Origin: Somniosus microcephalus | Taxonomy: Eukaryota | Direction of reading: 5' to 3' | Length of the DNA: 64,000 nt | Assembly (NCBI GenBank): GCA_052327205.1 | Contig: CM126215.1 | Coordinates: 126,046,001 to 126,110,000 of the forward strand | In this document: in pieces, positions 9,320 through 23,164 of the stretch | Layout: each line of letters begins with the position of its first letter | Numbering within the stretch: the stretch's first letter is position 1 | Translations under genes and position numbers: made by a program | The notes under the pieces: generated by a model | Seen by the model: only the letters and a program-made list of their open reading frames with translations | What the model was told of the DNA's origin: nothing | Databases searched by the model: none

Positions 9320-10158
9320 TACCGTGGCTCAGTGACGTTGCATCCTTGCCTCTGTGTCAGAAGGCTGTGGGTTCAAGTCCCCACTCCAGAGACTCGAGCA
9401 CAAAAATCTAGGCCGACACCCCCAGTGCCAGTGCCGAGGGGGTTCTGCACTGTCGGAGGTGCCGTCTTTCGCATGAGACATTAAACCGAGGCCCCGTTAG
9501 CCCTCTCGGGTGGATGTAAAAGACCCCACGACGCTATTTCGAAGAAAAGCAGGGGAATTCTCCCAGGGAGTCATAGCCAACTTTAATCCCTTAACCATCA
9601 TCACTAAAGCAGAATATCTGGTCATTACAGGAAACTTTCTTTTATCCGGCACGGACAGGACTGACGTGGTGCCGGCTCATCAAAAATTCCGGATAACCGA
9701 ACGCTATAGTAAAAGATACGGAGCTGAGAGCTCCGTATAAAGCAACAAACCCTGTTGCTTAGCAACAGGTTCAAAACAATGGCCACAAGTTGCAAGCGTC
9801 TCTGTAGCTTAGCAACAGCTGCAGCCACACCCTTGCACAGCAACACATGGAGATAGGGTGGGATATGTGTCGGTGCAGGCTCGATGGGCTGAAATGGCCT
9901 CTATCTGCACTGTAGATTCTGTGATTCTGTGATACTCCTGAATTTTGCCGGTTAACCGACATTTCCGGTTATTTAGGGGCCGGTTAATCGAAAGTTTCCT
10001 GTATCATGTTGCTGTTTGTGGGAGCTTGCTGTGCGCAAATTGGCTGCTGCCTTTCCCACATTACAACAGTGACTACACTTCAAAAAGTACTTCATTGGCT
10101 GTAAAGCGCTTTGGGACGTCCTGCGTTTGTGAAAGGCGCTATATAAATTGCAGTTCTT
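9320..10158 (+). mobile_element. SacSINE1-like SINE split by a MITE
   Basis: SINE consensus resumes after 10003. Confidence 0.8.
9628..10001. mobile_element. Tc1/mariner-type MITE containing an HE1-like SINE tail (~9850-9932)
   Basis: TIR CAGGAAACTTTC/GAAAGTTTCCTG, TA TSD; second copy in opposite orientation at 52972-53294. Confidence 0.85.
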
Positions 10159-11134
10159 TTATACAATCAGAAACCTTTACCTGGGGTGTTCTGTATGGGT
10201 TATTTAGTCAGGACCTTTACATGGGTTATATAGTCTGAACTTTGTATAAAGTGGCCAAGGTTGATTATTATCTTGCTGCTAAGTAATCTCTGGTCTTCAA
10301 GCACTCCTGGACCAGGGAGCTAAATCAACTTGAGATCAAAGGTCGTCCCCTAAGCTAATGTCATGTTATGCTGAGATGTGTACAGGTGATGCAGGTTATT
10401 GGAACACTACAGTACACACTGCCTAAGGACAATATTGTCTGGTGAATTGGAATGAGCGGAGCCGTATAAAATATTCAGACAGAATACTGAATTACCTTTT
10501 AAAAGCAAATTACATTGTCAACCCATCAGATCTTATTTAGAATCACTTCTGGAGAAATACATTGCATTGTAAGAGCGGGCCGGGATTGTTCTCTTCAGTC
10601 AAACTCATTTAAAATCCGTGACACCGCGGAAAGAAAGAAAGAAAGAATCATTAATAATCTGTTGATTTGTGTAACTGGTCACTAGGAGTGCCTGACAACA
10701 TCATATCACAAAAACATCACCGCCTAACGGGAACAATATGTTCCAAAACGGAGCCAATTCCCAGGGTCCCAGACTGGCGATGGGGCTGTCAGGCTAACTG
10801 TGTGCGGCGCGACGCCTTCATTAATCAATGATTGCCCAAACCAACAGATCTCCATTTTGTCTCATAAATTATTCTGGTGCCAACGCAAACCTGGGGGAAG
10901 AGAACTATTAAAAGGCATGAACAATAGGAAGGCAGAACCATTTGTGACAGCTGAGTGCCTTTTTATATATATATACGTATGCATTGAGTAATGTAAAATT
11001 GAATGACTTCTCCTCTAAGTTTGCTTGCAAATCGAGAATTGAAATATTATTCCAATGTTGAGAAAGAAAGTTCTGGTCTGCCGTTGTATTCTTTCTTTCT
11101 TTCTGTCGGCAGATATTGCCAGGGTACAATTCCA

Positions 11135-12190
11135 CAGGAGCCTTTACCTCACATCCTCACCAATCTACCTGTCGCAGATGCATCTGTCCATGACAGTATT
11201 GTTAGCAGTGACCACCGCACAGTCATTGTGGAGACGAAGTCCCCTCTTCACACTGAGGACACCCTCGATCGTGTTGTGTGGCACTACCGCTGTGCTCAAT
11301 GGGATAGATTCAGAACAGATCTAGCAGCTCAAAACTGGGCATCCATGAGGTACTGTGGGCCATCAACAGCAACAGAATTGTATTCCACCACAATCTGTTA
11401 CCTCATGGCCCGGCATATCCCTCACTCTATCATTACCACCAAGCCAGGGGACCAACCCTGGTTCAAGAAGAGCCTGCCAGGAGCAGCACCAGGCAGACCT
11501 AAAAATGAGGTGCCAACCTGGAGAAACTGCAACACAGGACTACATGCATGCTAAAAAGTGGAAGCAGCATGCTATAGACAGGGCTAAGCGATCCCACAAT
11601 CAACGGATCAGATCAAAGCTCTGCAGTCCTGCCACATCCAGTCGTGAATGGTGTGGACCATTAAACAACTAACGGGAGGAGGAGGCTCCATGAATATCCC
11701 CATCCTCAATGATGGTGGAGCCCAGCACGTGAGTGTAAAAGACAAAGCTGAAGCGTTTGAAACCATCTCCAGCCAGAAATGCCGAGTGAATGATTCATAT
11801 CGGCCTCTTCCTGAGGTCCCCTCCACCACAGAAGCCAGTCTTCAGCCAATTCGATTCACTCCACGTGATATCAAGAAATGGCTGAGTACACTGGATACAG
11901 CAAATGCTATGGGCCCTGACAACATCCCAGCTGTCGTGCTGAAGACTTGTGCTCCAGAACTAGCCGCGCCTCTAGCCAAGCTGTTCCAGTACAGCTACAA
12001 CACTGGCATCTATCCGACAATGTGGAAAACTGCCCAGGTATGTTCTGTCCACAAAAAGCAAAACAAATCCAATCCGGCCAATTACAGCCCCATCAGTCTA
12101 CTCTCAATCATCAGCAAAGTGATGGAAGGTGTCGACGACAGTACTATCAAGCAGCACTTACTCAGCAATAACCTGCTCACTGATGTCCAG
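11135..12190 (+). mobile_element. Internal LINE ORF2 fragment (CR1/L2 group; endonuclease end to RT start), frameshifted
   Basis: SDHRTV, QPWF and GPDNIPAVVLK..APLAKLF..WK..NPANY.PISLLS.ISKVME motifs. Confidence 0.85.
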
Positions 12191-12198
12191 TCAGACAA

Positions 12199-12835
12199 GC
12201 TCAGGACGTCCCAAAGTGCTTCACAGCCAATTAAGTACTTTTTGAAGTGTAGTCACTGTTGTAATGTAGGAAATATGGCAGCCAGTTTGCACACAGCAAG
12301 CTCCCACAAACAGCAATGAGATAAATGACCAGATTATCTGTTGTTTTAGTGATGTTGGTTGAGGGATAACTATTGGCCCAGGACACCGGGGAGAACTCCC
12401 CTGCTCTTCTTCGAAATAGTGGCCATAAGATCTTTTACATCCACCTGAGAGAGCAGACGGGGCCTCGGTTTAACGTCTCATCCAAAAGACGGCACCTCCG
12501 ACAGTGCAGCACTCCCTCAGTACTGCCCCTCCGACAGTGCAGCACTCCCTCAGTACTGCCCCTCCGACAGTGCAGCGCTCCCTCAGTACCGCCCCTCCGA
12601 CAATGCAGCGCTCCCTCAGTACTGCCCCTCCGACAGTGCAGCGCTCCCTCAGTACCGCCCCTCCGACAATGCAGCGCTCCCTCAGTACTGTCCCTCCGAC
12701 AGTGCAGCAGTCCCTCAGTACTGCACTGGAGTGTCAGCATGGATTATGGGGCTCAAAACCCTGGAGTGAAACTTGAACCCGAAACCGTCGGATCCAGAGG
12801 CGAGAGTGCTACCCACTGAGCCACGGCTGACACCT
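12199..12835 (-). mobile_element. SacSINE1-like SINE with internal 33-bp tandem expansion
   Basis: SINE consensus; about 7 copies of CCTCCGACAGTGCAGCACTCCCTCAGTACTGCC at 12495-12724. Confidence 0.85.
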
Positions 12836-12919
12836 TAACTTAACCTTGCATCTGAAGGATGGCACCTCCGACAGTGCAGCACACCCTCAGAACTGCAGTG
12901 GAGTACCTGTCCAAAAAAA

Positions 12920-13285
12920 ACGAGTTGCATTTCTATAGCGCCTTTCACAACCTCAGGACACCCTAAATCACTTTGAAGTGTAGTCACTGTTGTAATGTAG
13001 GAAACGCGGCAGCCAATTTGCGCACAGCAAGCTCCCACAAACAGCAAAGTGATAATGACCAGATCATGCATTTTTTTTTTAGTGATGTTGGTTAAGGGAT
13101 AAATATTGGCCCCAGGACCCCAGGGAGAACTCCCCTGCTCTTCTTCAAAATAGTTCCATAGGATCTTTTACGTCCACCTGATTGGACAGACAGGTTCTCG
13201 GTTTAACGTCTCATCTGAAAGACAGCACCTCTGACAGTGTAGCACTCCCTCAGTGCTGCACTGGGGTGTCAGCCTAGATTGTGTA
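12920..13285 (-). mobile_element. SacSINE1-like SINE (5'-truncated)
   Basis: Matches other copies in the window. Confidence 0.8.
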
Positions 13286-14249
13286 CCAGAACCCTGGGTC
13301 TTGTGCTGCTCACCGTCTAGCTGACACTGGCAGATGGCTGTAAATGACCTACGCTGCTGTATGTTAGACTGCCCACATTACATAACGTGCACTTGCTGTG
13401 ATACACACTCTATCTCCTCCCCTCCCCACACCCCCTGCCCCCCGCACGATATCAGACTGTTGCTACAAATCAGTTGCCTAAATAAAAGTCACGTGTGTCA
13501 AGCAGACACCGCATTTATTTTCTATGTGACGGGCTCGCTGATTGCTCGTGGTCGCAGAGCAAACAAGCCTTCCGTTCGGGCGAACAGATCAATGGATCTG
13601 AGAATAGAAGGAAACAGCGACTCCTTTGATGGGTAACAAGCTCCCTATTATCTGCGCGGCGTTGGCAGACACGAGCGGCAGCTAGTCTAACATGCAGTGG
13701 AACTTCACCTTGCATTAAACTTTAATTGGATGGCAAGTGGAAATCAATGCGCACACAGAACTCACAGCGAGCTAAAGCAATGGCCGAGCAAGCGATACAG
13801 ACCTGCACAGAACTGCAAGCCGACCAGTGTTGTGAAGGTGTCAGAGGTACTGACAGTTTACCATCACCCTCCAGCAATCCCTCCTTGTCTCCCACTTCCC
13901 CTCCCTCCTCTCCTGAAGGTGCAGGTCAGTCGGTGCTGGAGCGAGAGGCTCCAATGTCTCAGTCTCCAAGGAGCGCATCCAAACAAAGTGGCCACTCTTT
14001 GTGTGTGTGTGTGTGTGAGAGGCCCAGGACAATGATTGACAGTGGACCAATCCCCTAAATTGGTGTCAGCGGGCAGCACTCTCGCCTCTGAGTCAGAAGG
14101 TCATGGGTTCGAGTCCCACTCCAGAGACTTGAGCCCATAATCTAGGCTGATGCTCCCAGTGCAGTGCTGAGGGAGTGCTGCACTGTCAGAGGTGCCGTCT
14201 TTCAGATCACTCAGCCGTCCTCCTACCGGCACTAAAGAAAGAAGGTCTT

Positions 14250-14636
14250 TAACAACCTCAGGACGTTTAATTTACAACCAATGTGTAGTCTCTGTTGTAA
14301 TGTAGGAAATCCAGCAGCCAATTTGTGCACAGCAAGCTCCCACAAACAGCAATGTGATAATGACCAGATAATCTGTTTTAGTGATGTTGGTTGAGTGATA
14401 AATATTGGCCAGGACACCGGGGAGAACTCCCCTGCTCTTCTTTGAAATAGGGATCTTTACGTCCTCCTGAGGAGGCAGACTGGGCCTTGGTTTAACGTCT
14501 CATCCGAAAGACAGCACCTCCGACAGTGCAGCACTCCCTCAGCACTGGCACTGAAGAATCGGCCTGTAGCCGGACTTGAACCCACAACCTTCTGACTCAG
14601 AGGCAGAGCGCTACCCTATGAGCAGGGCTGACACCA
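14250..14636 (-). mobile_element. SacSINE1-like SINE
   Basis: Matches other copies; a separate + strand head fragment lies at ~14063-14207. Confidence 0.8.
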
Positions 14637-15064
14637 TGGTAGTGCAGTGATTCGCGTGCGCTGCGCGGTCGTGCGATGCGAGACTTCACAATGACTTGTC
14701 ACACTGTACTGGTCCCAGTCTCATTTGAGGAGGGCATGGGTTGACATCTAAGGAGGCCGCAAACTGAGGGGAGGAGTGGAGATTATCAGGGAGCCAGGCA
14801 AGGCATGTTATTGTTTTACTCCAGTTTTCTCCCCTAACGGCGCTGACTTTTGGCAGGGTTCTGTGCCCACTGATTCCTCACCCAAGGTAGCAGTCTCCAC
14901 ACGTGACAGACAATGGGCGTTGTCAGGCTAGTAGACCTTGGGGGGCATCACAGCCGATCCTCCCCTGACCCGACATCCCACTCGCACTAGCAAGATTCAC
15001 TGAAAAATGCTTGGGAATGGGATGTCCGACTCCTTCTTCCCGCCCCTCTCTACACTGACACCAA

Positions 15065-15523
15065 TTTGCATTTATATAGCACCGTTAACAAAGTAAAAAT
15101 GACCCAACGCACTTCACAGGAGCGATTATCAAACAAAATTTGACACCGAGCCACATAAGGAGATATTAGGACAGGTGGTCAAAGTGGTAGGTTTTAAGGA
15201 GCGTCTTCAGGGAGGAGAGAGAGGCGGAGAGACGGAGAGGTTTAGAGAGGGAATTCCAGAGCTTAGGGCCCAGGCAGCTGAAGGCACGGCCGCCAATGGT
15301 GGAGCGATTAAAATCAGGGACGTGCAAGAAGCCAGAATTGGAGGAGCGCAGAGATCACGGGGAGTTGTAGGGCTGGAAGAGCTTACAGAAATAGGGAGGG
15401 GTGAGGTCGTGGAGGGATTTGTAAACAAGGATGATAATTTTAAAATCGAGTCGTTGCCGGATCGGGAGCCAATGTAGGTCAGCGAGTAGTGAACGGGACT
15501 TGGTGCGAGTTAGGGATACGGGC
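15065..15523 (-). mobile_element. L2-type LINE 3' end
   Basis: LADLHWLPIRQRLDFKI motif and the 3' UTR shared by many copies in the window. Confidence 0.8.
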
Positions 15524-16197
15524 AAACAGGAAGGACGACAGCTTGGGTTAGGCAACGGAGGGAAGTCAGCACTCCATAGAACCGGGATCATAGCAAGAGC
15601 GGGATCCTTCAGGAACGGAGTGGAGAAAGCAGAAGGGAAGTCTTAAAAAAAAAAGAGGGCAGGCAAAAATAACGTGGGGGGAAGAATCAAAAATGATGCA
15701 AGCCAATTTTTGTTCAACCCTCAATCATCTGAGGATTCAAAGATCAATTTGAGCACGATTCCTCTGCACGGGATTAACTTGGGTTCCATCTGTGGAACAA
15801 GGGTGTACTGTAGCGCTGGTGTTCACAGCCAGCTGAAGAACTGCACTGGCAGGAGTCTGTCACTAACTCCCGTTTCCTTTTTGAGCTGATTACTAAAATC
15901 GGATGAAATCATTCCAGCGCCGGGGAATGTGTTTAGACGGAGCTGAAACGAGGACTGTAACTCTCCCAGTTAATGAGCATCAGCTCGTGCGGGGCGTAAA
16001 AAGCAGGATTTATAGAGCTGCTCGTGTAGACGTCAGACCCAAGCAAACCTTTCAGGTCAGGATATAGAGCAGATGGAGGGCCTAGTAATATTAATTAAAA
16101 GGAAAAGGTAAGGGGGAAAAAATCTTTGGTGGTTTTAACTCCCCCATTCCATTGGCCACGACTCACTTTTATATTGTCAGGATCATAGACTAATAAA

Positions 16198-16660
16198 GAA
16201 GAAAGACAGACTTGCATTTCTAGAGCGCCTTTCATGACCACCGGACGTCTCAATGCGCTTTACAGCCAATGAAGTACTTTTTTGTGAAGTGTAGTCACTG
16301 TTGTAATCGCGTCAGCCAATGTGCGCACAGCAAGCTCCCACAAACAGCAATGTGATAATGACCAGATCATCTGTTTTTGTGATGTTGGTTGAGGGATAAA
16401 TATTGGCCAGGACACCGGGGAGAACTCCCCTGCTCTTCTTCGAAATAGTGCCGCGGGATCTTTTACATCCACCTGAGAGAGCAGACGGGGCCTCGGTTTA
16501 ACATCTCATCCGAAAGACGGCACCTCCGACAGTGCAGCACTCCCTCAGTACTGCCCTGGAGTGTCAGCCTAGATTTTTGTGCTCAAGTCCCTGGGGTGGG
16601 ACTATGAACCCACAACCTTCTGGCTCAGAGGCGAGTGGGCTGCCCACTGAGCCACAGCTG
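16198..16660 (-). mobile_element. SacSINE1-like SINE, full length
   Basis: Head, Deu core and tail present; followed by a CR1 3' fragment at ~16660-16866. Confidence 0.85.
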
Positions 16661-17219
16661 TACAGCACAGAAGGAGGCCATTCGGCCCATTGAGTCTGCG
16701 CTGACTTTTCCGAAGAGCGATCCAGTCAGTCCCGCTCCCCCGCTCTTTCCCCATAGACCTGCAATTCTTTCTCCTTCAAGTGTTTATCCAATTCCCTTTT
16801 GAAAGCTACTATTGAATCTGTATCCACCACCCTATCAGGCCGATCATTCCAAATCCTAACCACTCATGAATTATTTTGATTTTTGCCTTACTTTCTGGCT
16901 GTTTCAATATTAGATTTTATTCCCAGTTCTCTCTCTGTGCTATTTCATTCTATGATTCAGTGATCTACTCAATCTAATTGGCTCAGATTAACCAGGAACC
17001 AATCCAAAATCACTTCCCCACTCTCCACGTTGTCTCTTGCCGTGTCTCTCACAAACCTCTGATCCTCCGACTCTCTCTGAGCAATGCCACGGGTGGTCGG
17101 CTAGCATTTATTTTGGTTGTGTGTTGGAGCGTTATCCCAGGGCTTGAGCCTATAACCTAAGCTTGACACTCCAGTGTAGTCGTGAGGGAGCGCTGCACCA
17201 CCTTTCGAAGGAGGCAATC

Positions 17220-17972
17220 AGAGAACTCTCTGTTCCTCCAAATCCGGCCTCTTGTGCATCCCCCCAGTCCCTTCGCCCCACCATTGGCGGCCGTGCCTTC
17301 AGCCGCCTAGGCCCTAAGCTCTGAAATTCCATTCCCTAAACCTCGCCGCCTCTTCCTCCTCCTTTAAGACGTCCCTTAAAACCAACCATTTTGACCGAGC
17401 TTTTAGTCACCGGTCCTAATTATCTCCTTCTTTGGCTCAGTGTCAATTTTTGTCAGATAATGCTGCTGTGAATTATCTTGGGATGTTTGCTGCCTCGTGT
17501 CCTAACTCGCACCAATTCCCGTTCGGCCATCACCCCCTGTGCTCGCTGACCTACATTGGCTCCCAGTCCGGCAACGCCTCGATTTTAAAGTTCTCATCTT
17601 TGATTTCAAATCCCTCCATGGCCTCGCCCTATCTCTATAACCTTCTCCAGCCCTACAACCCCCTGAGATCTCTGCGCTCCTCCAATTCTGGCCTCTTTAT
17701 GCATCCCCACTTCCTTTTCCCTACCATTGGCGGCCGTGCCTTCAGCTGCCTGGGCCCTAAGCTCTGGAATTCCCTCCCTAAACCTCTCTACCTCTCTCTC
17801 TTCCTTTAAGACGCTTCTTAAGACCCACCTCTTTGACCAAGCTTTTGGTCACCTGCCCTAATATCTCCTTATGTGGCTTGGTGTCAAATTTTGTTTGATA
17901 ACCGCTCCTGTGAAGCGCCTTGGGACGTGTTACTACCTTAAAGGTGCTATATCAATACAAGTTGTTGTTGAT
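17220..17972 (+). mobile_element. Two tandem L2-type 3' fragments
   Basis: IGGRAFS..GP.LWNSLP motif twice; GTT-repeat tail. Confidence 0.75.
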
Positions 17973-18785
17973 TTCTTACGTTAAAGGCGCTAGTTTAGGT
18001 GGACCTTACAGAGCCCATTGCACTTTCGAAGAGAGGAGCTGGGCGCTCTCCTGATATCCTGGGCAATGGTCCTTCCTCAACCAGCGCCACCAAAAGGAGA
18101 TTACTCATTTCATTTGTGGGACCTTGTTGTGCGTAGATTGGTTGCCACATCTGCCAACCTAACAACAGTGACTGCACTTCAAAAGTCATTCATTGGGCGC
18201 TTTGGGATGCCCAAAGGGTGCGATAAGGTGCTGGATTTAAAACAAAGTTCTTTTCTGCCAGTTTAGCATTGTTTTAGATGTTAACATAGTATGGTTCACG
18301 AAACAACAAGCTTTTGTCATGTTAATTCATGCCGGCTTTTAGGTTAAGTATGTAGCATTTAGGAGCTGAGGGGGGTGATGTTGAAACTGCTGGTTAAATA
18401 TTAGTGGTTGAAAGTGGGACATTAGTTTGGGTCTACAGCACCTGGTGTTAAATGTCAGTGTCTCAACAATAAAACTAGTCTCCATATTTTACATCACAAG
18501 GTTGCTATGGGTCAGAGCCCCTTTGTGGCAGTTGTGTAGCCCTCATTTCTTTGTGAGTTTCCTTTCACGCTCATAAGGTTTTCTCGGGTCAGAGGGAGTT
18601 GTGGATTTTCTCCGCTGCAACTCTCCTGAAGGGATTGAGTCTTGCTGAGGTAATGCTCCATAGTTGCCCCTCTGTGAACCGTGGCTGGGAGCCCATCAAC
18701 CTCATCCTTGTGTTTAAATCCCCCCATGGCCATCGCCCCCTCTGTATCTCTGTAACCTCCTCCAGCCCCACAACCCTCCGAGAGT

Positions 18786-19252
18786 GTGTCAGCTGTGGCT
18801 CAGTGGGTAGCACACTTGCCTCTGAGTCAGAAGGTTGTGGGTTCAGGTCCCACTCCAGGGACTTGTGCACATAATGCTAGGCTGACACTCCAGTGCAGTG
18901 CTGAGGGAGTGCCGCACTGTCGGAGATGTCATCTTTCGGATGAGGCGTTAAACCGAGGCCCTGTCTGCTCTCACAGGTGGATGCAAAAGATCCCATGGCA
19001 CTATTTTGAAGAAGAGCAGGGGCGTTCACCCCGGTGTCCTGGCCAATAGTTATCCCTCAACCCACATAACAAAAACAGATGATCTGGCCATTATCACATT
19101 GTTGTTTGTGGGAGCTTGGTGTGTGCAAATTGGCTGCCGCGTTTCCCACATTACAACAGTGACTCCATTTCAAAAGTACTTCATTGGCTGTAAAGCTCTT
19201 TGAGACGTCCAATGGTCGTGAAAGGCGCTATAGAAATGCAAGTCTTTCTTTT
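18786..19252 (+). mobile_element. SacSINE1-like SINE inserted in an L2 3' end (~18690-19538)
   Basis: L2 sequence resumes after the SINE tail. Confidence 0.8.
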
Positions 19253-19711
19253 GTCTGCGCTTCTCCAATTCTGGCCTTTTGACCATCCCCGATTTTCATC
19301 GCCCCACCATTGGCGGCCGTGCCTTCAGCTGCCGAGGTCCTAAGCTCTGGAATTCCCTCCCTAAACCTCTCCGCCTCTCTCTCCTCCTTTAAGACGCTCC
19401 TAAAACCTATTTTGGTCACCTGTCCTAATATCTCCTTATGTGACTTGGTGTCAAATTTTGTTTTATAATGCTCCTGTGAAGCGCCTTGGGACATTTTTAC
19501 AATATTAAAGGCACTACATAAATGCGAGTTTTTGTTGTGCTACGTAGAGGGTAGTGGATGGTTAGTCAATGTGTTACATGAAGGGTACTCCATGGCAGAG
19601 TGAGTTATTTACTCCATAATTAACTCTCAGGCTGCCAACTAGGCACTGCCCTGTCTGCAATGCTTGGATCTTGCCCAGGAGAGAGTTTGGTTCATGGATA
19701 TTTATTTATAT

Positions 19712-20014
19712 ATCACAGAATCCCCACAGTGCAGATAGAGGCCATTTCGGCCCATCGAGCCTGCACCGACACATATCCCACCCTATCCCCGTAACCCCAC
19801 GTATTTAATCCCCTAACACTAAGGGTCAATTTATCATAGCCAAATCAACCTAACCTGCACATCTTTGGACTGTGGGAGGAAACAGAGCACCCGGAGGAAA
19901 CCCACACAGACACAGGGAGAATGTGCAAACTCCACACAGACAGTCGCCCGAGGCCAGATTTGAACCCGGGTCCCTGGCGCTGTGAGGCAACAGTGCCAAC
20001 CACTATGCCACCGT
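19712..20014 (-). mobile_element. HE1-like tRNA-derived V-SINE
   Basis: tRNA head, TGTGTGGAGTTTGCAC..TCCTCCGGGTGCTC core, CR1-like tail. Confidence 0.85.
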
Positions 20015-20797
20015 ATATATATGTATATATAGCTGTCCCAATAGTTAGAATATAAATGTTGAGGTTACAGAAGGGATTGAATCACCCCCGCCTAAATTAA
20101 CATGGTAATTTCAGGAAGGGCGCAGAGCCGAGTCAATCGAGTTTGTAAACCAGGTTTGACACTGCACTGGATTTATATTCCAAGCCATGTCATACTCAGA
20201 AATGCAAGACTACTTCCGCTGATGGTTGGAAAAGGGGGCAGGAGAGGGAATCCAATAAACATTGCACAGTTTAGGCATATCTTTTGAAACACGAGCAGAT
20301 CTCCCCTAAGGCTTCTCACGGTAAGTTGGAGGGTCTGCTGTTTTTGTAACCATACCAGCGTGTGAAGAGAGTGTGACTGGGAAAGCGTTACTGGACGTGC
20401 ATGTGACACTTACAGGAAGTGCGTGCTATGTGCAACGCTTCTAATTTTGGAGAATCAGAAATTTTGCTGCTTTCTGACGATACGAGCGTATCAGGGGAAA
20501 ACGTTACAGGAAGTAAGGGTGACACTTACAGGAAAATGGGTGCTACATGCAAGGTTTCAAAACTGCTGATAGATTCTATAGGATCAAGGACCAGTGCTGG
20601 ACATGAACTGAGTGCGTGCAGAGATAACTGGAGCACAATGAGATACCCGTCCAATAGAAAGAAAGACAGCGCCTTTCACTCCCTCAGGACGTCCCAAAGT
20701 GCTTTACAGCCAATGAAGTACTTTTGAAGTGTAGTCACTGTTGTAAAGTAGGGAACCGTAGCAGCCAATTTGTTCACAGCAAGCTCCCACAATCAGT

Positions 20798-21489
20798 CTT
20801 CTTCTTAGGCAGTCCCTCGGAACCGAGGATGACTTGCTTCCACATTAAAAATGAGTTCTCAGGTGACTGATGAGTCCAATGCGGGACCTACAGTCTCTGT
20901 CACAGGTGGGGCAGACGGTGGTTGAAGGGGTGGGTGGGTGGGGTGCTTGGGTTGACGTGCGCTCCTTCCACTGTTTGTGCTTGGCTTCCGCTTGCTCCCG
21001 GTGAAGAGACTCGAGGTGTTCGGCGCCTTCCCGGATGCTTCTCCTCCACTTTGTGCGGTCTTGGGCCAGGGATTCCCAGGTGTCGGTGGGGATGTTACAC
21101 TTTTTTCAAGGAGGCTTTGAGGGTGTCCTTGAAACATTTCCTCTGCCCACCTGGGGTTCTCTTGCCGTGCCGGAGCTCCGAGTAGAGCGCTTGTTTTGGG
21201 GGTCTCGTATTAGGCATGCGGACAATGTGACCCGCCCATCGGAGCTGATCGAGCGTGGTCAGAGCTTCGATGCTGGGGATGTTGGCCTGAGCAAGAACAC
21301 TGACGTTGGTGCGCCTATCCTGCCAATGGATTTGTAGGATCTTGCGGAGGCAGCGTTGGTGGTACCTCTCCAGTGCTTTGAGGTGCCTGCTGTACATGGT
21401 CCATGTCTCTGAGGCATACAGCAGGGCGGGTATCACTGCTGCTCTGTAGACCATGAGCTTAGTGCCGGGTTTGAGGTCCTGGTCTTCAA
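20798..21489 (-). mobile_element. RTE-clade LINE 3' fragment
   Basis: LLYASETWT..CLRKIL.I.WQDR..QLRWAGH motif, GAA-repeat tail, 9-bp TSD ACAATCAGT. Confidence 0.88.
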
Positions 21490-21667
21490 ACAATCAGTAA
21501 TGTGATAATGATCAGATAATCTGCTTTTAATGATGTTGGTTGAGGGATTGATATTGGCCCAGGACTCCTCTGTTCTTCTTTGAAGTAGCAGCCTTGGGAT
21601 CGTTTACATCTACCTGAGAGGGCAGACAAGGCCTCGGTTTAACGCCTCATCCGAAAGACGGCCCTTC

Positions 21668-22320
21668 ATAATAATAATAATAATAATCAACTTTATTGTC
21701 ATTGTTAGTGCACAAGTGCAGTACAACGAAATGTAGGCTTGCGGCTCCCGAGAGTGTACATTTAGATTAAGACATTTAAACATTCAACATACATTTGGCT
21801 TGTAATACATTAACATAAACATAACCATAATAAAGTGCATTGGCAGATGTGCAGGCTTTAGAGTTTATTTGTGGAGTTCAGTAGGATGACAGCCCTGGGA
21901 AAGAAGCTGTTCCTAAATCTGGTCGTACGGGTGCGAATGCATCTGTAGCGTCTCCCAGATGGTAGGGGGGCGAACAGACTGTGGCTGGGGTGGGTAGGGT
22001 CTTTGATGATGGACCGTGACCTCCGTAAACAGCGTTTCTGGTATATGTGCTCTATGGTCGGTAGCCGGGTGCCGGTAATGCGTTGGGCAGTTTTGACTAC
22101 CCGCTGCAGGGCTTTCCGGTCATAGTAGCTACAGCCGCCATACCATACTGTGATACAGTTCATCAGGATGCTCTCTATTGTGCAGCGGTAAAAGTTAGAG
22201 AGGATCAGGGGTGACAGGTTACATCCCTTCAGCCTCCTTAGGAAATATAGGCGCTGCTGGGCCTTCTTCACCAGAGAGGAGGTATTGAGGGACCAGGAGA
22301 GGTCTTCCGTGATGTGGACT
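21668..22320 (-). mobile_element. Rex1/Babar LINE 3' fragment
   Basis: GVHITEDLSW..KKAQQRLYFLRRL..FYRCTIESIL..VWYG..RFRNSFFP motif; TTA-repeat tail. Confidence 0.88.
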
Positions 22321-23164
22321 CCGACAGTGCAGCGCTCCCTCAGTACTGGCACCGGGAGCGACGGCCTGGATTTTGTGCTCGAGTCTCTGGAGTGGAGACT
22401 TGGAATCCACAACCTTCTGACTCAGAGGCGAGAGAGTGCTACCCACCGAGCCACGGCTGACACCTGAAATAGCCCGGGCAAGAGGCTTTATCATTCTGTA
22501 ATTCCAAGGCAAACCACATTTTAACTGCTGATTGATTAAGGAGTCACTTATCTTTACACCTTAAGTGAGAACGAGCCAAAGAGCTGGCTTTGGAGCTTGA
22601 TCTGGGGTGGGGGAGGGGAATCTAGCGGCGTTACACGCTGGGTTGCAAATATTAAATACTTAAGAGCTCTTTCTCAATGAACTCTTTGTCAGTCTTACCT
22701 TCCATTCATTGGTTTAAAAACAACCCAGCTGGATATCTATGAGTGTTGGGGCTGATAGAGGCAACAGATTAGTCCAATACACTCTTTAGATAAAACTCTT
22801 GAAAGCGAAGCTGCCAGGCGAACGGGGAGGGCTGTGAAATCTTTCCTTTGTTCTGAAGTCTTAATGTTGCCCTTGTTCAACAGGGAAAGCCCAGAATAAA
22901 AGCTCATGCCTGCCTGTGGTCAGCTTGGCTCAGATAGTATCACACTTGCCTCTAAATCAGAAGGTTGTGGGTTCCAACCCCCAATCCAGAGACTCCTGCA
23001 TTAAAAAAAATGCCATTTGCAGCAAGGGGCACTATAGTAAAGTGGGGAGCCCTGGATGATTATCCCCACCACCTCCCCCCGTCTCCCTGACGCCAATGTA
23101 GCACCCCTTCTGCCATCCCAGCCAAGACCGCCACCAGCCGGGGTGAGGTCACCGTACAGTGCAC

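Larger units (their letters stand above)
20655..22464 (-). mobile_element. SacSINE1-like SINE split by two LINE insertions
   Basis: Pieces 20655-20797, 21490-21667 and 22319-22464 are colinear with the consensus. Confidence 0.8.
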
